Positions 47,907-58,080 of a stretch of DNA of 64,000 nt are shown here, piece after piece (positions within the stretch are counted from its first letter, which is position 1; every line of letters begins with the position of its first letter). The stretch comes from a virus (Duplodnaviria; Caudoviricetes), in the IMG/VR virus record IMGVR_UViG_3300032285_001531; one strand, given 5' to 3'. The translations under genes and the position numbers were made by a program. Under the pieces are notes generated by a model. It had not been told where the DNA came from. It worked only from the letters and a program-made list of their open reading frames with translations, and did no database searches.

Positions 47907-47929
47907 AATTTTATTTAATAAATATAGTC

Positions 47930-48610
47930 ATGCTCACTAAATTACATTCAATTGAAAACATTTCTGAAATTGTTACCCAAATTAATGAAATGAATATTGA
48001 CATTAAACATAAAGCATTGAACGTTACTAACGGCAATATCCTTACTGGAAATTATACACTAATTGAAGAAATAGTCAATACCCCATTAGGTAATTTTTTA
48101 GACAGTTTGGGTGACATAGGTGAGGCTAGATTACTTGTATTAGAATCCGGTGAATCGTACACTGCTCATACTGACCCAGATGATAGAATACATTTAGTAA
48201 TAACGACTAATCCAGATTGCTATCTTATTGATTTAGATGATGAAAAAATGTATCACTTGCCTGTTGATGGGCAAATATGGTACATGGATACAGGAGTTCG
48301 TCATGTTGCTAGTAACTTTGGTGGCAGACCTCGTATACATTTAAATGTTCGTGTGAAACTACCAAAAATAACATATCCCTGTTACAAGATAAGTGTTAGT
48401 GGCGGTGAATATGATTGGAAACAAGAATTATATGACGGTCTTATGAGTTACCTAAATTACGGAATAAAAAATAACAATATTGAAGGTATAGAAAAAATTA
48501 GTGAACGTGAACTATTAGTTAATTGCAATTCGGATACGTTGAATTCTATTATCAAAATAATAACAGACAAAAAATTTATAGTTGATATTATTGAAATTTA
48601 TCAACCGTAA
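47930..48610 (+). CDS. Aspartyl/asparaginyl beta-hydroxylase-like 2OG oxygenase
   Basis: YTAHTD, RIHL, HVASNFGGRPRIHL. Confidence 0.75.
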   Translation: MLTKLHSIENISEIVTQINEMNIDIKHKALNVTNGNILTGNYTLIEEIVNTPLGNFLDSLGDIGEARLLVLESGESYTAHTDPDDRIHLVITTNPDCYLIDLDDEKMYHLPVDGQIWYMDTGVRHVASNFGGRPRIHLNVRVKLPKITYPCYKISVSGGEYDWKQELYDGLMSYLNYGIKNNNIEGIEKISERELLVNCNSDTLNSIIKIITDKKFIVDIIEIYQP

Positions 48611-49676
48611 TAAATTGATCATTAGGATTGCTTATTATTTTTTCTTTACTCTTCCCGCATGCACGTGCGCAAGTAAGTAGTTTCTTTTCATTCCAATATT
48701 CATTCCAAACTGATTGATATTCTACACTATCAATAATGTCCTTTATGCTATTATTTTCTATATCTAATTTTTGTAGTCCACCTAAACTCTTTACAAGGTC
48801 ATGATATTGATTTAGCATTTCTTGTTTAGCCGGAATAAAAGAACCCTCATGGTCTATCGGTATATAGGGTAAACTACCTAACCAACAACAGGGCATTAAA
48901 TATCCTTTAGCATCCAAGTATATCTCACGCTCTTTTTGCACGTAACATTCGATGGTCATTTCATCTACTATTTTTCTGTAATTGTTTAGTACATTCTTGT
49001 CAATAAACTTCAATTCACTATACTTACTAGGTTCTAAATTATATATGGTTTCTTTTTTATCATTCCATACAGGAAATTTAGGTTCTAATAAGAATCTACT
49101 ACTATCTTTCATAACAAAAGTTTGAAATCCTAATTGTTTTGCTAATTCTTTAGCTTCATCAACCTGATGTTCATTGTGTTTAAATCTTATAAAAGCCCAT
49201 TCTGCTTTTCCACCAGCTAATATAAAATGATGAGCATTTTCAATAATAGTATTGTAGTTAGTTCCTATACGATATATTGAATGTGTATCCTCTAAACCAT
49301 CAATAGCAAAAACTACACAATGATTTTCTGGTAATGAATGTACTAACTTAATCCACCATGCATTGCTTCTAGCTGAACCATTTGTGTGTATACGTATCTG
49401 TATGTTTGGATTTACTGTTTTTGCGTATAAACACATGTCGGGTAAATCTTTATTAATGATTGGATCTCCAAAATTACCACAAAAATATAATTTGTTTAAC
49501 TGATTTAATACTTCCGAAGTAAATGCTATTTTGAATCTATCTAATGTCCAATTTTCTATTTCCAATAATGGATTTACTACTCCGCCATGTATATTTCTGG
49601 TACACATAGGACAACTAGCTTGGCAGTTATTGGTTATTTCTATATGAACGCTCTTTAGTTCTTCAAATTTAAACAT
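48588..49676 (-). CDS. Radical SAM protein with SPASM/Twitch domain (paralog of 38272-39330)
   Basis: CQASCPMC, GNFGDP, LMPCC, CARAC. Confidence 0.9.
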   Translation of the reverse strand: MFKFEELKSVHIEITNNCQASCPMCTRNIHGGVVNPLLEIENWTLDRFKIAFTSEVLNQLNKLYFCGNFGDPIINKDLPDMCLYAKTVNPNIQIRIHTNGSARSNAWWIKLVHSLPENHCVVFAIDGLEDTHSIYRIGTNYNTIIENAHHFILAGGKAEWAFIRFKHNEHQVDEAKELAKQLGFQTFVMKDSSRFLLEPKFPVWNDKKETIYNLEPSKYSELKFIDKNVLNNYRKIVDEMTIECYVQKEREIYLDAKGYLMPCCWLGSLPYIPIDHEGSFIPAKQEMLNQYHDLVKSLGGLQKLDIENNSIKDIIDSVEYQSVWNEYWNEKKLLTCARACGKSKEKIISNPNDQFITVDKFQ

Positions 49677-49746
49677 TTGATTTTTTCCGTGAATAAATAT
49701 TCTACTATTTAACAAGATAATCCTACACCAGATTTAAAAATACATA

Positions 49747-50451
49747 ATGTCTATTGCATATTTACCTATTGAAATTGATGTGCGCTTGCCCGATCCTCAA
49801 ATAATTTTGGATTATATTGATGCATACCAACTCAAAACAAAACACACAACATGGAAAATAGCTCCTATATTGGGTAGAGTTAACACAGAAAATTGGTATG
49901 AAGGTAACGCATACGCAAATGTAATTTACAATAGATATAATACTTCCATTAAATCAAAGACACAATATGCAAATAATATTGATAAACTGATGCCAGAAAT
50001 ACCCTATATGTTAAGTCAGCTTCCATTCAAGCAACTTACTTTTGGATTGCTATTAGAACAAATGACAGAAGTAACCAAGCACCATGATGTACAAGCATAT
50101 GACATATATAATGATTTGACAGAAATAGAGCATGAACCTAGAAGATTTAACATATTAATGACTAGACATTCAGAGAAAGCATTTTATTTGAGTGAATCGC
50201 TAGAAAGTGAAAATGTGTATCCTATCATTACAAAAGAGAACCCTTGTTTTGCATTTAACGAACGTCATTATTTGCATGGATCTGATTATATTGGTCCTAA
50301 CAAAGTCATGATTATGGCAGGTGGAATTATTGATAAGAAAAAGTTTAAAGATATGATTGATAGAAATTTAAAAAAATTTAAAGATCAAGTGATAATATTT
50401 CCTGATCGTTCACCTAATTCAGTAATTAGAATTGGATCCGGAATAGAGTGA
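49747..50451 (+). CDS. 2OG-Fe(II) oxygenase-like protein, copy 1 of 3
   Basis: KHHD, FAFNERHYLHGSD. Confidence 0.6.
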   Translation: MSIAYLPIEIDVRLPDPQIILDYIDAYQLKTKHTTWKIAPILGRVNTENWYEGNAYANVIYNRYNTSIKSKTQYANNIDKLMPEIPYMLSQLPFKQLTFGLLLEQMTEVTKHHDVQAYDIYNDLTEIEHEPRRFNILMTRHSEKAFYLSESLESENVYPIITKENPCFAFNERHYLHGSDYIGPNKVMIMAGGIIDKKKFKDMIDRNLKKFKDQVIIFPDRSPNSVIRIGSGIE

Positions 50452-50452
50452 T

Positions 50453-51193
50453 ATGGGATTAGCTTTCTTACCGATTGACATAGATGCACGATTACCTGAT
50501 GAAGAAAGAGTAATTCAATATTGTCATGATAATCATTTAAAATTACCTGGGTTTGGTATAAACTTTGAGTTTGTTCCGGTAATTTCTAGATTAGATGATG
50601 CTGAATGGAATGATAAACAATTAATCAAAGAAACATTAAGTAATCGGTATAATGTTTCTGATAAAAAATCTAAGTATTATAAAGACATAGACAAAATATT
50701 TCCTGAAATTCCATATATGGTAGAACAATTACCGTTCAAAGAAATAACTTTTGCAGCCTTGTTGTTACAAAAAAAATATGTTGATCACCATATGGATACC
50801 AATGAAGGTGACACTGCAGAAGATCCTTATGAAATTAGTATTGAAAATGAGCCACATAGGTATAATATACAATTGACCCAACATACAAAAAATAAATTTT
50901 TTATGAGTCAAGAAATTAACGGAGAAAAGACACATCGTGTTATATCTAAAGAAAGACCATGTTTTGTTTTTTCTGAAAGATATTATTGGCACGGTGGGGA
51001 GTATGAAGTAGAAAATTGCGTACATTTTGCTATTATGGCAATTGTAGATAGAGTAAAGCATAAAGACATGATTATAAAAAATCTTATTAAGTATCACAAT
51101 GAGGCAATAATATATCCTGATCCAATAGATCCATGGGATCCCAAATATCAATCTCAGTATGATGCTAACGGTAACGACATTTATAATACGTAA
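50453..51193 (+). CDS. 2OG-Fe(II) oxygenase-like protein, copy 2 of 3
   Basis: HHMD, FSERYYWHGGE. Confidence 0.6.
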   Translation: MGLAFLPIDIDARLPDEERVIQYCHDNHLKLPGFGINFEFVPVISRLDDAEWNDKQLIKETLSNRYNVSDKKSKYYKDIDKIFPEIPYMVEQLPFKEITFAALLLQKKYVDHHMDTNEGDTAEDPYEISIENEPHRYNIQLTQHTKNKFFMSQEINGEKTHRVISKERPCFVFSERYYWHGGEYEVENCVHFAIMAIVDRVKHKDMIIKNLIKYHNEAIIYPDPIDPWDPKYQSQYDANGNDIYNT

Positions 51194-51211
51194 TAACACA
51201 ACGGAGAAAGT

Positions 51212-51931
51212 ATGACCATAGCATTTTTACCAATTGATATTGATGTAAAACTTCCAGATGAGGAAAAAATAATAAAATTCTGTGAAGAATTTAAAATGGC
51301 AAAATTAAATGTAGAAAAAGATAAAGGATCCCATTGGGATGTTGTTCCTGTATTAAGCCGAATTTCTGAACAAGATTGGAATGATAGTTTAAAAGCAAAA
51401 CATTCAATAAACAATCGCTATGTTCCTAATTTAGGAGAACCTAGATACCTAAATAATATTGATAAACTTTTCCCTGAAATACCATACATGCTTGAACAAT
51501 TGCCATATAAAGAACTAACAATAGTTTCATTGTTATTACAAACTGAATATGTACCACATCATTTTGATCCACATTACGGAGATGTGACACCTGATCCATA
51601 TGAAATTAGTATCGAAAATGAACCACATAGATATAACATACAACTAACACATCATAATAAAAATGCATTTTTTGTTAGTGAAAAACACGGTGGTGAAAAG
51701 TTATACCCTAAAATAACTAAAGAAAGACCATGTTTTGCTTTTTGTGAAAGATATCATTGGCACGGAAGTGATTATATTGGTCCTAATAAGATACAACTAA
51801 GTGTTTTTGGCATAGTGGATAGAATAAAACACAAAGATATGATTATTAAAAATCTTATTAAATACCGTGATGAAGCAATCATATTGCCTAATCCAATAGA
51901 TCCTTGGGATCCTATACATCATCACTCTTAA
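51212..51931 (+). CDS. 2OG-Fe(II) oxygenase-like protein, copy 3 of 3
   Basis: HHFD, FCERYHWHGSD. Confidence 0.6.
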   Translation: MTIAFLPIDIDVKLPDEEKIIKFCEEFKMAKLNVEKDKGSHWDVVPVLSRISEQDWNDSLKAKHSINNRYVPNLGEPRYLNNIDKLFPEIPYMLEQLPYKELTIVSLLLQTEYVPHHFDPHYGDVTPDPYEISIENEPHRYNIQLTHHNKNAFFVSEKHGGEKLYPKITKERPCFAFCERYHWHGSDYIGPNKIQLSVFGIVDRIKHKDMIIKNLIKYRDEAIILPNPIDPWDPIHHHS

Positions 51932-52485
51932 TGTATAAACTAGTAGAGTACAATGATAGATTAGACTTAACTTCATTCTATGAGAATGCAAGTAATCGTG
52001 GATTTGATAATAACTCTAATAAAAAAATACTGATAGACAGTTTTTCTAAAGAACATGATTCATGTATTTGGATATTGTATTATAATGATGTCCCTGCGGG
52101 CAGTGTAGCTGCACATAGTTTAGATATATTTGATAAGATAAGTTATAGAATATGTGCAAGAACTTGTGTGTTTACTGATTTATTACCTATTCGTACATTA
52201 AGAAGTTTAGGAAATACAATATTAAAACATCAAAACATAACAGCACAGTTTTATATACCTAAATGTATTGAATACTGCCCTGTTGATAGTGATTTATACA
52301 TTACTACGAACAACAGCGAAATAGCTAGTCAAAGACAAGTACATCAAATATACTGTCCTGCATTAGAAAAGTCAGGTGTTCTAACAAAAACCCACGAACT
52401 TATGTATCGTGGGCATATTCAAACTTTCTGGAAATTAGATAGAGAAATATTCTTATCTCAATTAAACAGTTATCCTAGGTGGTAA
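51931..52485 (+). CDS. Hypothetical protein, possibly GNAT-like
   Basis: Start refined to MYKLV (TAATG overlap); WILY...AGSVAAH...RICAR beta pattern. Confidence 0.45.
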   Translation: MYKLVEYNDRLDLTSFYENASNRGFDNNSNKKILIDSFSKEHDSCIWILYYNDVPAGSVAAHSLDIFDKISYRICARTCVFTDLLPIRTLRSLGNTILKHQNITAQFYIPKCIEYCPVDSDLYITTNNSEIASQRQVHQIYCPALEKSGVLTKTHELMYRGHIQTFWKLDREIFLSQLNSYPRW

Positions 52486-52578
52486 ACCTAATCAATAGAT
52501 GCACTAATAAAGGTACCATTAGTGGCATTGCTACTGCAAGCAATACTATCCATAGATCGGGGGTGCGCATTATTCATA

Positions 52579-52920
52579 TTAGTTACATGCTCTACTGCGT
52601 GTTACTGTGCCATCTGGATTCTGTATTTCAGTCCAAGGACCGCAGTATTGTCTTTCAACGTATACTGGATATTGACTTGGATACGGAACAGGACCGGAAT
52701 ATGTCTGAGGAACTTGTTGTACTATTACAGGCTGTTGAGGTACACTATTGCGACCTAATGCATAACCTATAACACCTGTTACCAAAGCAGGACCAACCCA
52801 ATCATTGTTGCTTTGAACAATAACAGGACCACGTCCATAGTATCCATGATGATGGAAGAAAGGATCAGCGTTTGCTGCACCTGATGCCAATAATGCTAAA
52901 ATAATAATTGCACGTTTCAT
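52579..52920 (-). CDS. Secreted Pro/Val-rich small protein
   Basis: Signal peptide, glycine-zipper-like segment, C-terminal Cys pair; AAGGAG RBS. Confidence 0.65.
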   Translation of the reverse strand: MKRAIIILALLASGAANADPFFHHHGYYGRGPVIVQSNNDWVGPALVTGVIGYALGRNSVPQQPVIVQQVPQTYSGPVPYPSQYPVYVERQYCGPWTEIQNPDGTVTRSRACN

Positions 52921-52966
52921 AACAAATCTCCTTGTGTGAAGTATTTATAATATGATATCGATAAAT

Positions 52967-53344
52967 TTACTCATTGTCAACGTAAACTAGCCAACTAATG
53001 TGTAACAAGTCGTTACGGATTTCTTCAGTTATGTAACCCTCCATAACATATCCTTTTTCTTTCATATATTGTTCCCCCTCTTCATGGTTATAATCTGTTA
53101 ATCCGCCCATGCCTGAACAATACCATGTAAGATAATCACCTGTACCCTGTAGTCTTGCTACTATGCTTCCTGCATATCTCCACGTACAACCCCATGTTTC
53201 TTCTTTTAATATAGGAACAACTTCATTCTTAATAAATTCATTATTACATAATGCTGCATATAAATTTTGAGCATAGGCGTCGTCCATACATTTTGTTCTA
53301 ATGTATGTACTATTCATTAAATCATTTTCTAAATCATGTTCCAT
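52967..53344 (-). CDS. Hypothetical protein
   Basis: YAQNLYAALCNNEF...YLTWYCSG. Confidence 0.65.
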   Translation of the reverse strand: MEHDLENDLMNSTYIRTKCMDDAYAQNLYAALCNNEFIKNEVVPILKEETWGCTWRYAGSIVARLQGTGDYLTWYCSGMGGLTDYNHEEGEQYMKEKGYVMEGYITEEIRNDLLHISWLVYVDNE

Positions 53345-53401
53345 AGATAGTGGTAGGTAAACTTCAGCACTAGGTGCTGAAGTTTAAACAGTTTACATTA
53401 A

Positions 53402-54061
53402 TTAACTGCTACGTGCAAGCTTAAAATTTTCCGTATTCTTTTGATTACGTTTTCTACCAAATTTCTCGTAGAATATATGATTACCAATTTTGGCAACTTG
53501 CTTGTACGGCCACACAGGGTCTACCCATATGTTGTGAAAAAATAGTGTAGTTGCAGGTATAATGTTGCTATAAGCATCATGTGCTAAAACATTATATGCC
53601 ACTTGATAACTCTCTTTGTAGTTATTACTATTTTTATTCGGGGAATTTTTCCCTTCACAGACCCAACTGAATTGGCATACTCTGACTTTTATCATGTCAT
53701 CAGTATTATCGATTGTATCTTCATTTGGTTTTAGTACAGTCAATACTTGATACACGACTGTACACGGATTAGGACCGAAGCCAGCATTGACTCGGTTCAT
53801 TACCACTCGTGCTACTGCAGCTTTACCTGCTAATGGTTCTCCGCCTGCTTCAAAAAATACATTTTTAGCGAGGCAGTCTAACTGTTTAGGATCAACATGT
53901 TTGACTTTTGGCTGAGCCACTTCCACTATTACTTCTCTTTCTTGTATTGGTTTTGCGTCAACAAAACTAAGCACAGTTGCAAATATTAAAAAACATGCAA
54001 GTAGTGTCTTTGCAAGAATGTTTCTAGTAACAAAGTTACGTAGGATTGGTAGGTATTTCAT
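53402..54061 (-). CDS. Cell wall hydrolase SleB-like (Hydrolase_2)
   Basis: CLAKNVFFEAGGE, VARVVMNRV, CQFSWVC, IGNHIFY. Confidence 0.88.
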   Translation of the reverse strand: MKYLPILRNFVTRNILAKTLLACFLIFATVLSFVDAKPIQEREVIVEVAQPKVKHVDPKQLDCLAKNVFFEAGGEPLAGKAAVARVVMNRVNAGFGPNPCTVVYQVLTVLKPNEDTIDNTDDMIKVRVCQFSWVCEGKNSPNKNSNNYKESYQVAYNVLAHDAYSNIIPATTLFFHNIWVDPVWPYKQVAKIGNHIFYEKFGRKRNQKNTENFKLARSS

Positions 54062-54139
54062 TTTTTTCTCCTTTTGTCCTTGGTCATAAGGTCATAACTT
54101 CTTATGAACTACGGATTTTTAGATTATATAACTGTTAGG

Positions 54140-56155
54140 TTATAAATTGTCCCAGCAATCGCAATAACAGGCGATAACATTTTGTAATGCTTCCGGTGGT
54201 GTTACGGTTGATGGTTTTATTGCGGTAGATATATTAAAAATATCTAAATTTTGAGGGATGAGATTTGTTTCAGGTGATCCCGCAAAGCTGCCTGGTGTCT
54301 GTGCCGCGCCAGTTACTTTTGGAATTCCCAACCCATTACCGGATGTCACAGGTAATTGGTTACTTATATTGTTATCCAATTCTAGTCCTGCTAATCCTAA
54401 CCTTTGTGCGTTTCTAATTTCTCTCAGTAACGCTATTAATGCTTGTCCTCCTATGGTTGATGTATTGGCTATAGCTTCCAAAACCTGCACAGACTGCAAA
54501 GGTTCCGTATCTACAGCATACCCATTCATACTATCTACAAATGAGTATATCGTTTGAGTGCCTGATGTGGCACTACTTGACAATGCGGCTGCTCTGATAG
54601 TACTTTCTTTTGTTAAAGCAGTACCAACTGCTGTCCACAGTGTATTCAATTCTGTAGCTGCTGCAGTGTTAGCATTATATATTGCTAAAATTTCTGCATT
54701 AGCTTGTGCTATATATGTAGTCATAGCTGAGTTGTGGTTACTTGAAGTACCCATTTCAGTATACATGTTATCATATATTGTGGTTAATGTACTTGATTGT
54801 AATTGAGTGATTAACTGTTGTATTCTAGCTAAATTATATCCTACTCCTGACATAGCACCAAAGAAGTCTGCCATTGTGTAAGTACCATAAGGTCCTCCAC
54901 CTAGTGCAATTGCGTTATATGCGGTAGTTGTTGCTGCATTGTTAACCGGAGTAGATGTTCCATTAACAGTTAAGCCAACAGTAACTTCTAAATTAGTTAC
55001 TACTTGACTAAATTTTTGTATCTCTACATTTTGTATATTTTTTATCTGTAGCATTGCAATACTAAATGCACCGCAAGCAATTGCTACATCATCTGGTAAA
55101 ATTTGTGTTAAATTACTACCAAATCCAAATGTACTTAATTGCATATTTACAGTGCCATTAACATATATCGGATAATAGATTTTACTATTAGTAGATGACA
55201 TAGTTGTGTTATATCTAACAGTTGTTAGACTGTCATAACTATTAGGAAATAATTGTACTGGATTTAATAAATCAGCGAGACTAACTAGGCCAGCTGTTTG
55301 TGTGTTCAAGCAAGTGCATACATCTTTTAAATCATTATTCACTACTACAGTAAATGCACCGTATATTTTTCTTTCTTGGTCAATAGTAGGTGTTATTGTT
55401 AAATTTAGTATACCAGTTATTTCAGTTGTACTAAGTCCAGAATAGATTAATGCAATATTTACTGGTTCAGTTAACGCATTATTTGCTTTTAATGTTCTTA
55501 GTAGATTACTAGGAAAACCAAAATCTTTAATTGTTGCTAGATTAATCGCTCTGCCTGATTTAATTAAATCTTGCCCCCAATACACAGTAGATTGATTTAC
55601 TCCTGTGATGTCGGCAGTTATTAAATCATTCATGTTACTATATACACCTGCTAGATAATTATTAGCATTATATAAACTTGCGATTACTGAATTGTTTGCA
55701 GATTTGTATCCTGATGCAGTTAAGAAGCTACTGCAAAAATCACTATATGACCCAGTACCAAATACAAATTCATTATATGCTTGTAGCGCAATTGTACGCA
55801 AGAAGCCATAACGTGATAATGAATTTGTGTATGACACTGTATATGTACTAGCTGGACTATTACCCAATGCAGGAATAGAACTTGATCCTATTGATATTAA
55901 ACTTGTGTAAACAGCCTGACTGATGCTTGATCCAGACACAGCATCAATAACAGGATATGCTAATGCAGTTGCTTGTGACAGTTTATTTAATACTGTACCG
56001 CTAACCAATGTGCCAGCAGTGTAATTTGATTCAGCCGTACTTGAGCCAATGTAACCCGCAGTAGTTGAATTTATATTCAACCCTGTTGATTGCATTAGAC
56101 TTGCTAATAAATTAATGCTATTTGGAGACTGTTTACCTTGAAGGCTCATGGACAA
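54140..56155 (-). CDS. Large Ala/Ser/Thr-rich structural (baseplate/tail) protein
   Basis: Composition; overlaps the PAAR gene. Confidence 0.5.
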   Translation of the reverse strand: MSMSLQGKQSPNSINLLASLMQSTGLNINSTTAGYIGSSTAESNYTAGTLVSGTVLNKLSQATALAYPVIDAVSGSSISQAVYTSLISIGSSSIPALGNSPASTYTVSYTNSLSRYGFLRTIALQAYNEFVFGTGSYSDFCSSFLTASGYKSANNSVIASLYNANNYLAGVYSNMNDLITADITGVNQSTVYWGQDLIKSGRAINLATIKDFGFPSNLLRTLKANNALTEPVNIALIYSGLSTTEITGILNLTITPTIDQERKIYGAFTVVVNNDLKDVCTCLNTQTAGLVSLADLLNPVQLFPNSYDSLTTVRYNTTMSSTNSKIYYPIYVNGTVNMQLSTFGFGSNLTQILPDDVAIACGAFSIAMLQIKNIQNVEIQKFSQVVTNLEVTVGLTVNGTSTPVNNAATTTAYNAIALGGGPYGTYTMADFFGAMSGVGYNLARIQQLITQLQSSTLTTIYDNMYTEMGTSSNHNSAMTTYIAQANAEILAIYNANTAAATELNTLWTAVGTALTKESTIRAAALSSSATSGTQTIYSFVDSMNGYAVDTEPLQSVQVLEAIANTSTIGGQALIALLREIRNAQRLGLAGLELDNNISNQLPVTSGNGLGIPKVTGAAQTPGSFAGSPETNLIPQNLDIFNISTAIKPSTVTPPEALQNVIACYCDCWDNL

Positions 56156-56427
56156 AATACGTCAGGACTGCCTTGGACGATACTATGTCCGCAGCTATTT
56201 CCTGAACCTACTCTTAGAACTGGGGAACCCTCTGCAAACACACTAGGACTTCCGTCTGTAGTAGTTGCTGCATCATGTGGTGGGTGAGGATCTCCCCAGG
56301 GCGCATGTGGTGTTATTTGGCTTACGTGTAAACCAACTTGTATACCATTTGCGAATACAGTTGCAGCACCGCGCATTATTTGCCCGCCCGGTTCATCTGT
56401 ATCACCTTTACGACTTAGTTGTGGCAT
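56146..56427 (-). CDS. PAAR spike-tip protein (gp5.4-like)
   Basis: GAATVFANG...PH..PH..GSPSVFAEG..CGH...GSPDVF. Confidence 0.85.
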   Translation of the reverse strand: MPQLSRKGDTDEPGGQIMRGAATVFANGIQVGLHVSQITPHAPWGDPHPPHDAATTTDGSPSVFAEGSPVLRVGSGNSCGHSIVQGSPDVFCP

Positions 56428-56430
56428 TCC

Positions 56431-56730
56431 TTATCCTAAAACGATTGACTTTTCTGGTACTTGAATACCAGTAGTCGCTTCAATATACTTAAACTTAACT
56501 TGTTCATTAGTTTCAGCGACTATTGCAATACTATTAGTATTTAGTCTATATTTGCTTTGGGAATCAGTGGTAAATAAGCTTGGAACTAGTCCTAAACCCT
56601 TTTGACCGGGTGCCACGCTCACAGGTTCGCTTATTTCTATATAAGTATCAGTTAACTTGATTGCTTTTGCTATTAACTCTTCACCGCTATTTAATTTAAA
56701 GCTGTATACTTGATTTAGTTCGATATTCAT
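56431..56730 (-). CDS. Small Sm-like hypothetical phage protein
   Basis: FKLNSGEELIA...Y...TTGI.VP pattern. Confidence 0.65.
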   Translation of the reverse strand: MNIELNQVYSFKLNSGEELIAKAIKLTDTYIEISEPVSVAPGQKGLGLVPSLFTTDSQSKYRLNTNSIAIVAETNEQVKFKYIEATTGIQVPEKSIVLG

Positions 56731-56739
56731 TGATTTTCC

Positions 56740-56964
56740 TTAATTTGTGAGTTTTTTGCGTAATTCTGTAAATCCACCAACATATTCTTCATCTAAAAAG
56801 ATTTGCGGTAATGTACGTGCTGTGGGTACTGCTTCTAATAACTGTTCTTTCGTCCAGTCATGTGATACGTTTCTTTCTTCGTATTCAATCCCCTTGCTTT
56901 CTAATAATGCTTTTGCCTGCACACAGAAGGGACAGGCGTCCTTACTCCATACTATCGCTTTCAT
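56740..56964 (-). CDS. grx: Glutaredoxin
   Basis: CPFC, TLPQIF, VGGF. Confidence 0.92.
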   Translation of the reverse strand: MKAIVWSKDACPFCVQAKALLESKGIEYEERNVSHDWTKEQLLEAVPTARTLPQIFLDEEYVGGFTELRKKLTN

Positions 56965-56976
56965 GTTACTTCCTTC

Positions 56977-58080
56977 TTATAAACTTGGTAACTCATCATA
57001 ATCAACTACGTCACTCATTACTCCGATAACATAATTGGTTGATTCGTTTTCTTGTAAAGCTGTTTGCTTTTTATTGATATTTACATGCTTATTGAACCAT
57101 GGTATAGGACTTGCTTTTGGATGCTGTTCCTGATATTTGACACCAATATCTTTCAATCTATTAAATGCAGTGTAGTCTACAAAATCTTTTAGAATCTCTG
57201 CATTTAATCCAATAACGACTCCCTTGCTGAACAAGTATTCAGCCCATTCTTTTTCTTCTCTGATTACATCTAAGTACAACTGATACACTTCTTGTTCGCA
57301 TTCCTGCTTTGCTATTACAAAACGTGGATCATCTTTAACTACATTGTTGATTAACCATGCAGTCCATTCTGTATGTAGTAACTCATCTTGTAATATCAAA
57401 CTAATAATATTGCCGTTACCCATATAAATCTTGTTCTCTACCATTGCTAGACTTGTAGCAAAACTTACCATGAAACGTAATGCTTCTAGTGCATAGCTTG
57501 CGTTCAATGCTAACCATATTGCTTTGATATGTGCTTCTTCACTTACTGAACCAGGTGATGTTTCTTTAAAGCAGTTTAATTGATGTAACTTCTCATAGTA
57601 ATCACCTACATTACTAGCCATGTCAACAATTTCTTTTGTGTCATGTATCTTGTTGAATTCTTCTTTAGGAACTCCGTATACATTACGAATGATGTGGCTA
57701 TAACTTTTGCTGTGAATGTTAGTTTCAAAGAAACTCCAGTTACTAACTAATGCTTCTAGTTCTGGAATACTAATAACAGGACTGAATACTTGACTAGGTG
57801 CACGACCTTGAATACTATCTAATGCTGTTTGACGTAATAGATTACTTGTAAAGATATGCTTTACTGCTTCGCTTGCATCTTTGTGGTCAATCTTATCTTT
57901 AGTCAATGTGATTTCTTCAGGTACCCAAAAGAAGCCACGTGCTGTTTCTTCGTACTTAGCTACTTTAGGATACTTAACTTCTTCAAATCGTTGTACGGTT
58001 ACTGGACCTGCTGGATCTAAAAACATTGTACGTTTTAGATAGTCAGTTTGTTTACTTAAATTATATTGTTCTTTACTCAT
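56977..58080 (-). CDS. nrdB: Ribonucleotide reductase class Ia beta subunit
   Basis: FFWVPEE, ETNIHSKSY, ILQDELLH, ESTNY. Confidence 0.96.
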   Translation of the reverse strand: MSKEQYNLSKQTDYLKRTMFLDPAGPVTVQRFEEVKYPKVAKYEETARGFFWVPEEITLTKDKIDHKDASEAVKHIFTSNLLRQTALDSIQGRAPSQVFSPVISIPELEALVSNWSFFETNIHSKSYSHIIRNVYGVPKEEFNKIHDTKEIVDMASNVGDYYEKLHQLNCFKETSPGSVSEEAHIKAIWLALNASYALEALRFMVSFATSLAMVENKIYMGNGNIISLILQDELLHTEWTAWLINNVVKDDPRFVIAKQECEQEVYQLYLDVIREEKEWAEYLFSKGVVIGLNAEILKDFVDYTAFNRLKDIGVKYQEQHPKASPIPWFNKHVNINKKQTALQENESTNYVIGVMSDVVDYDELPSL

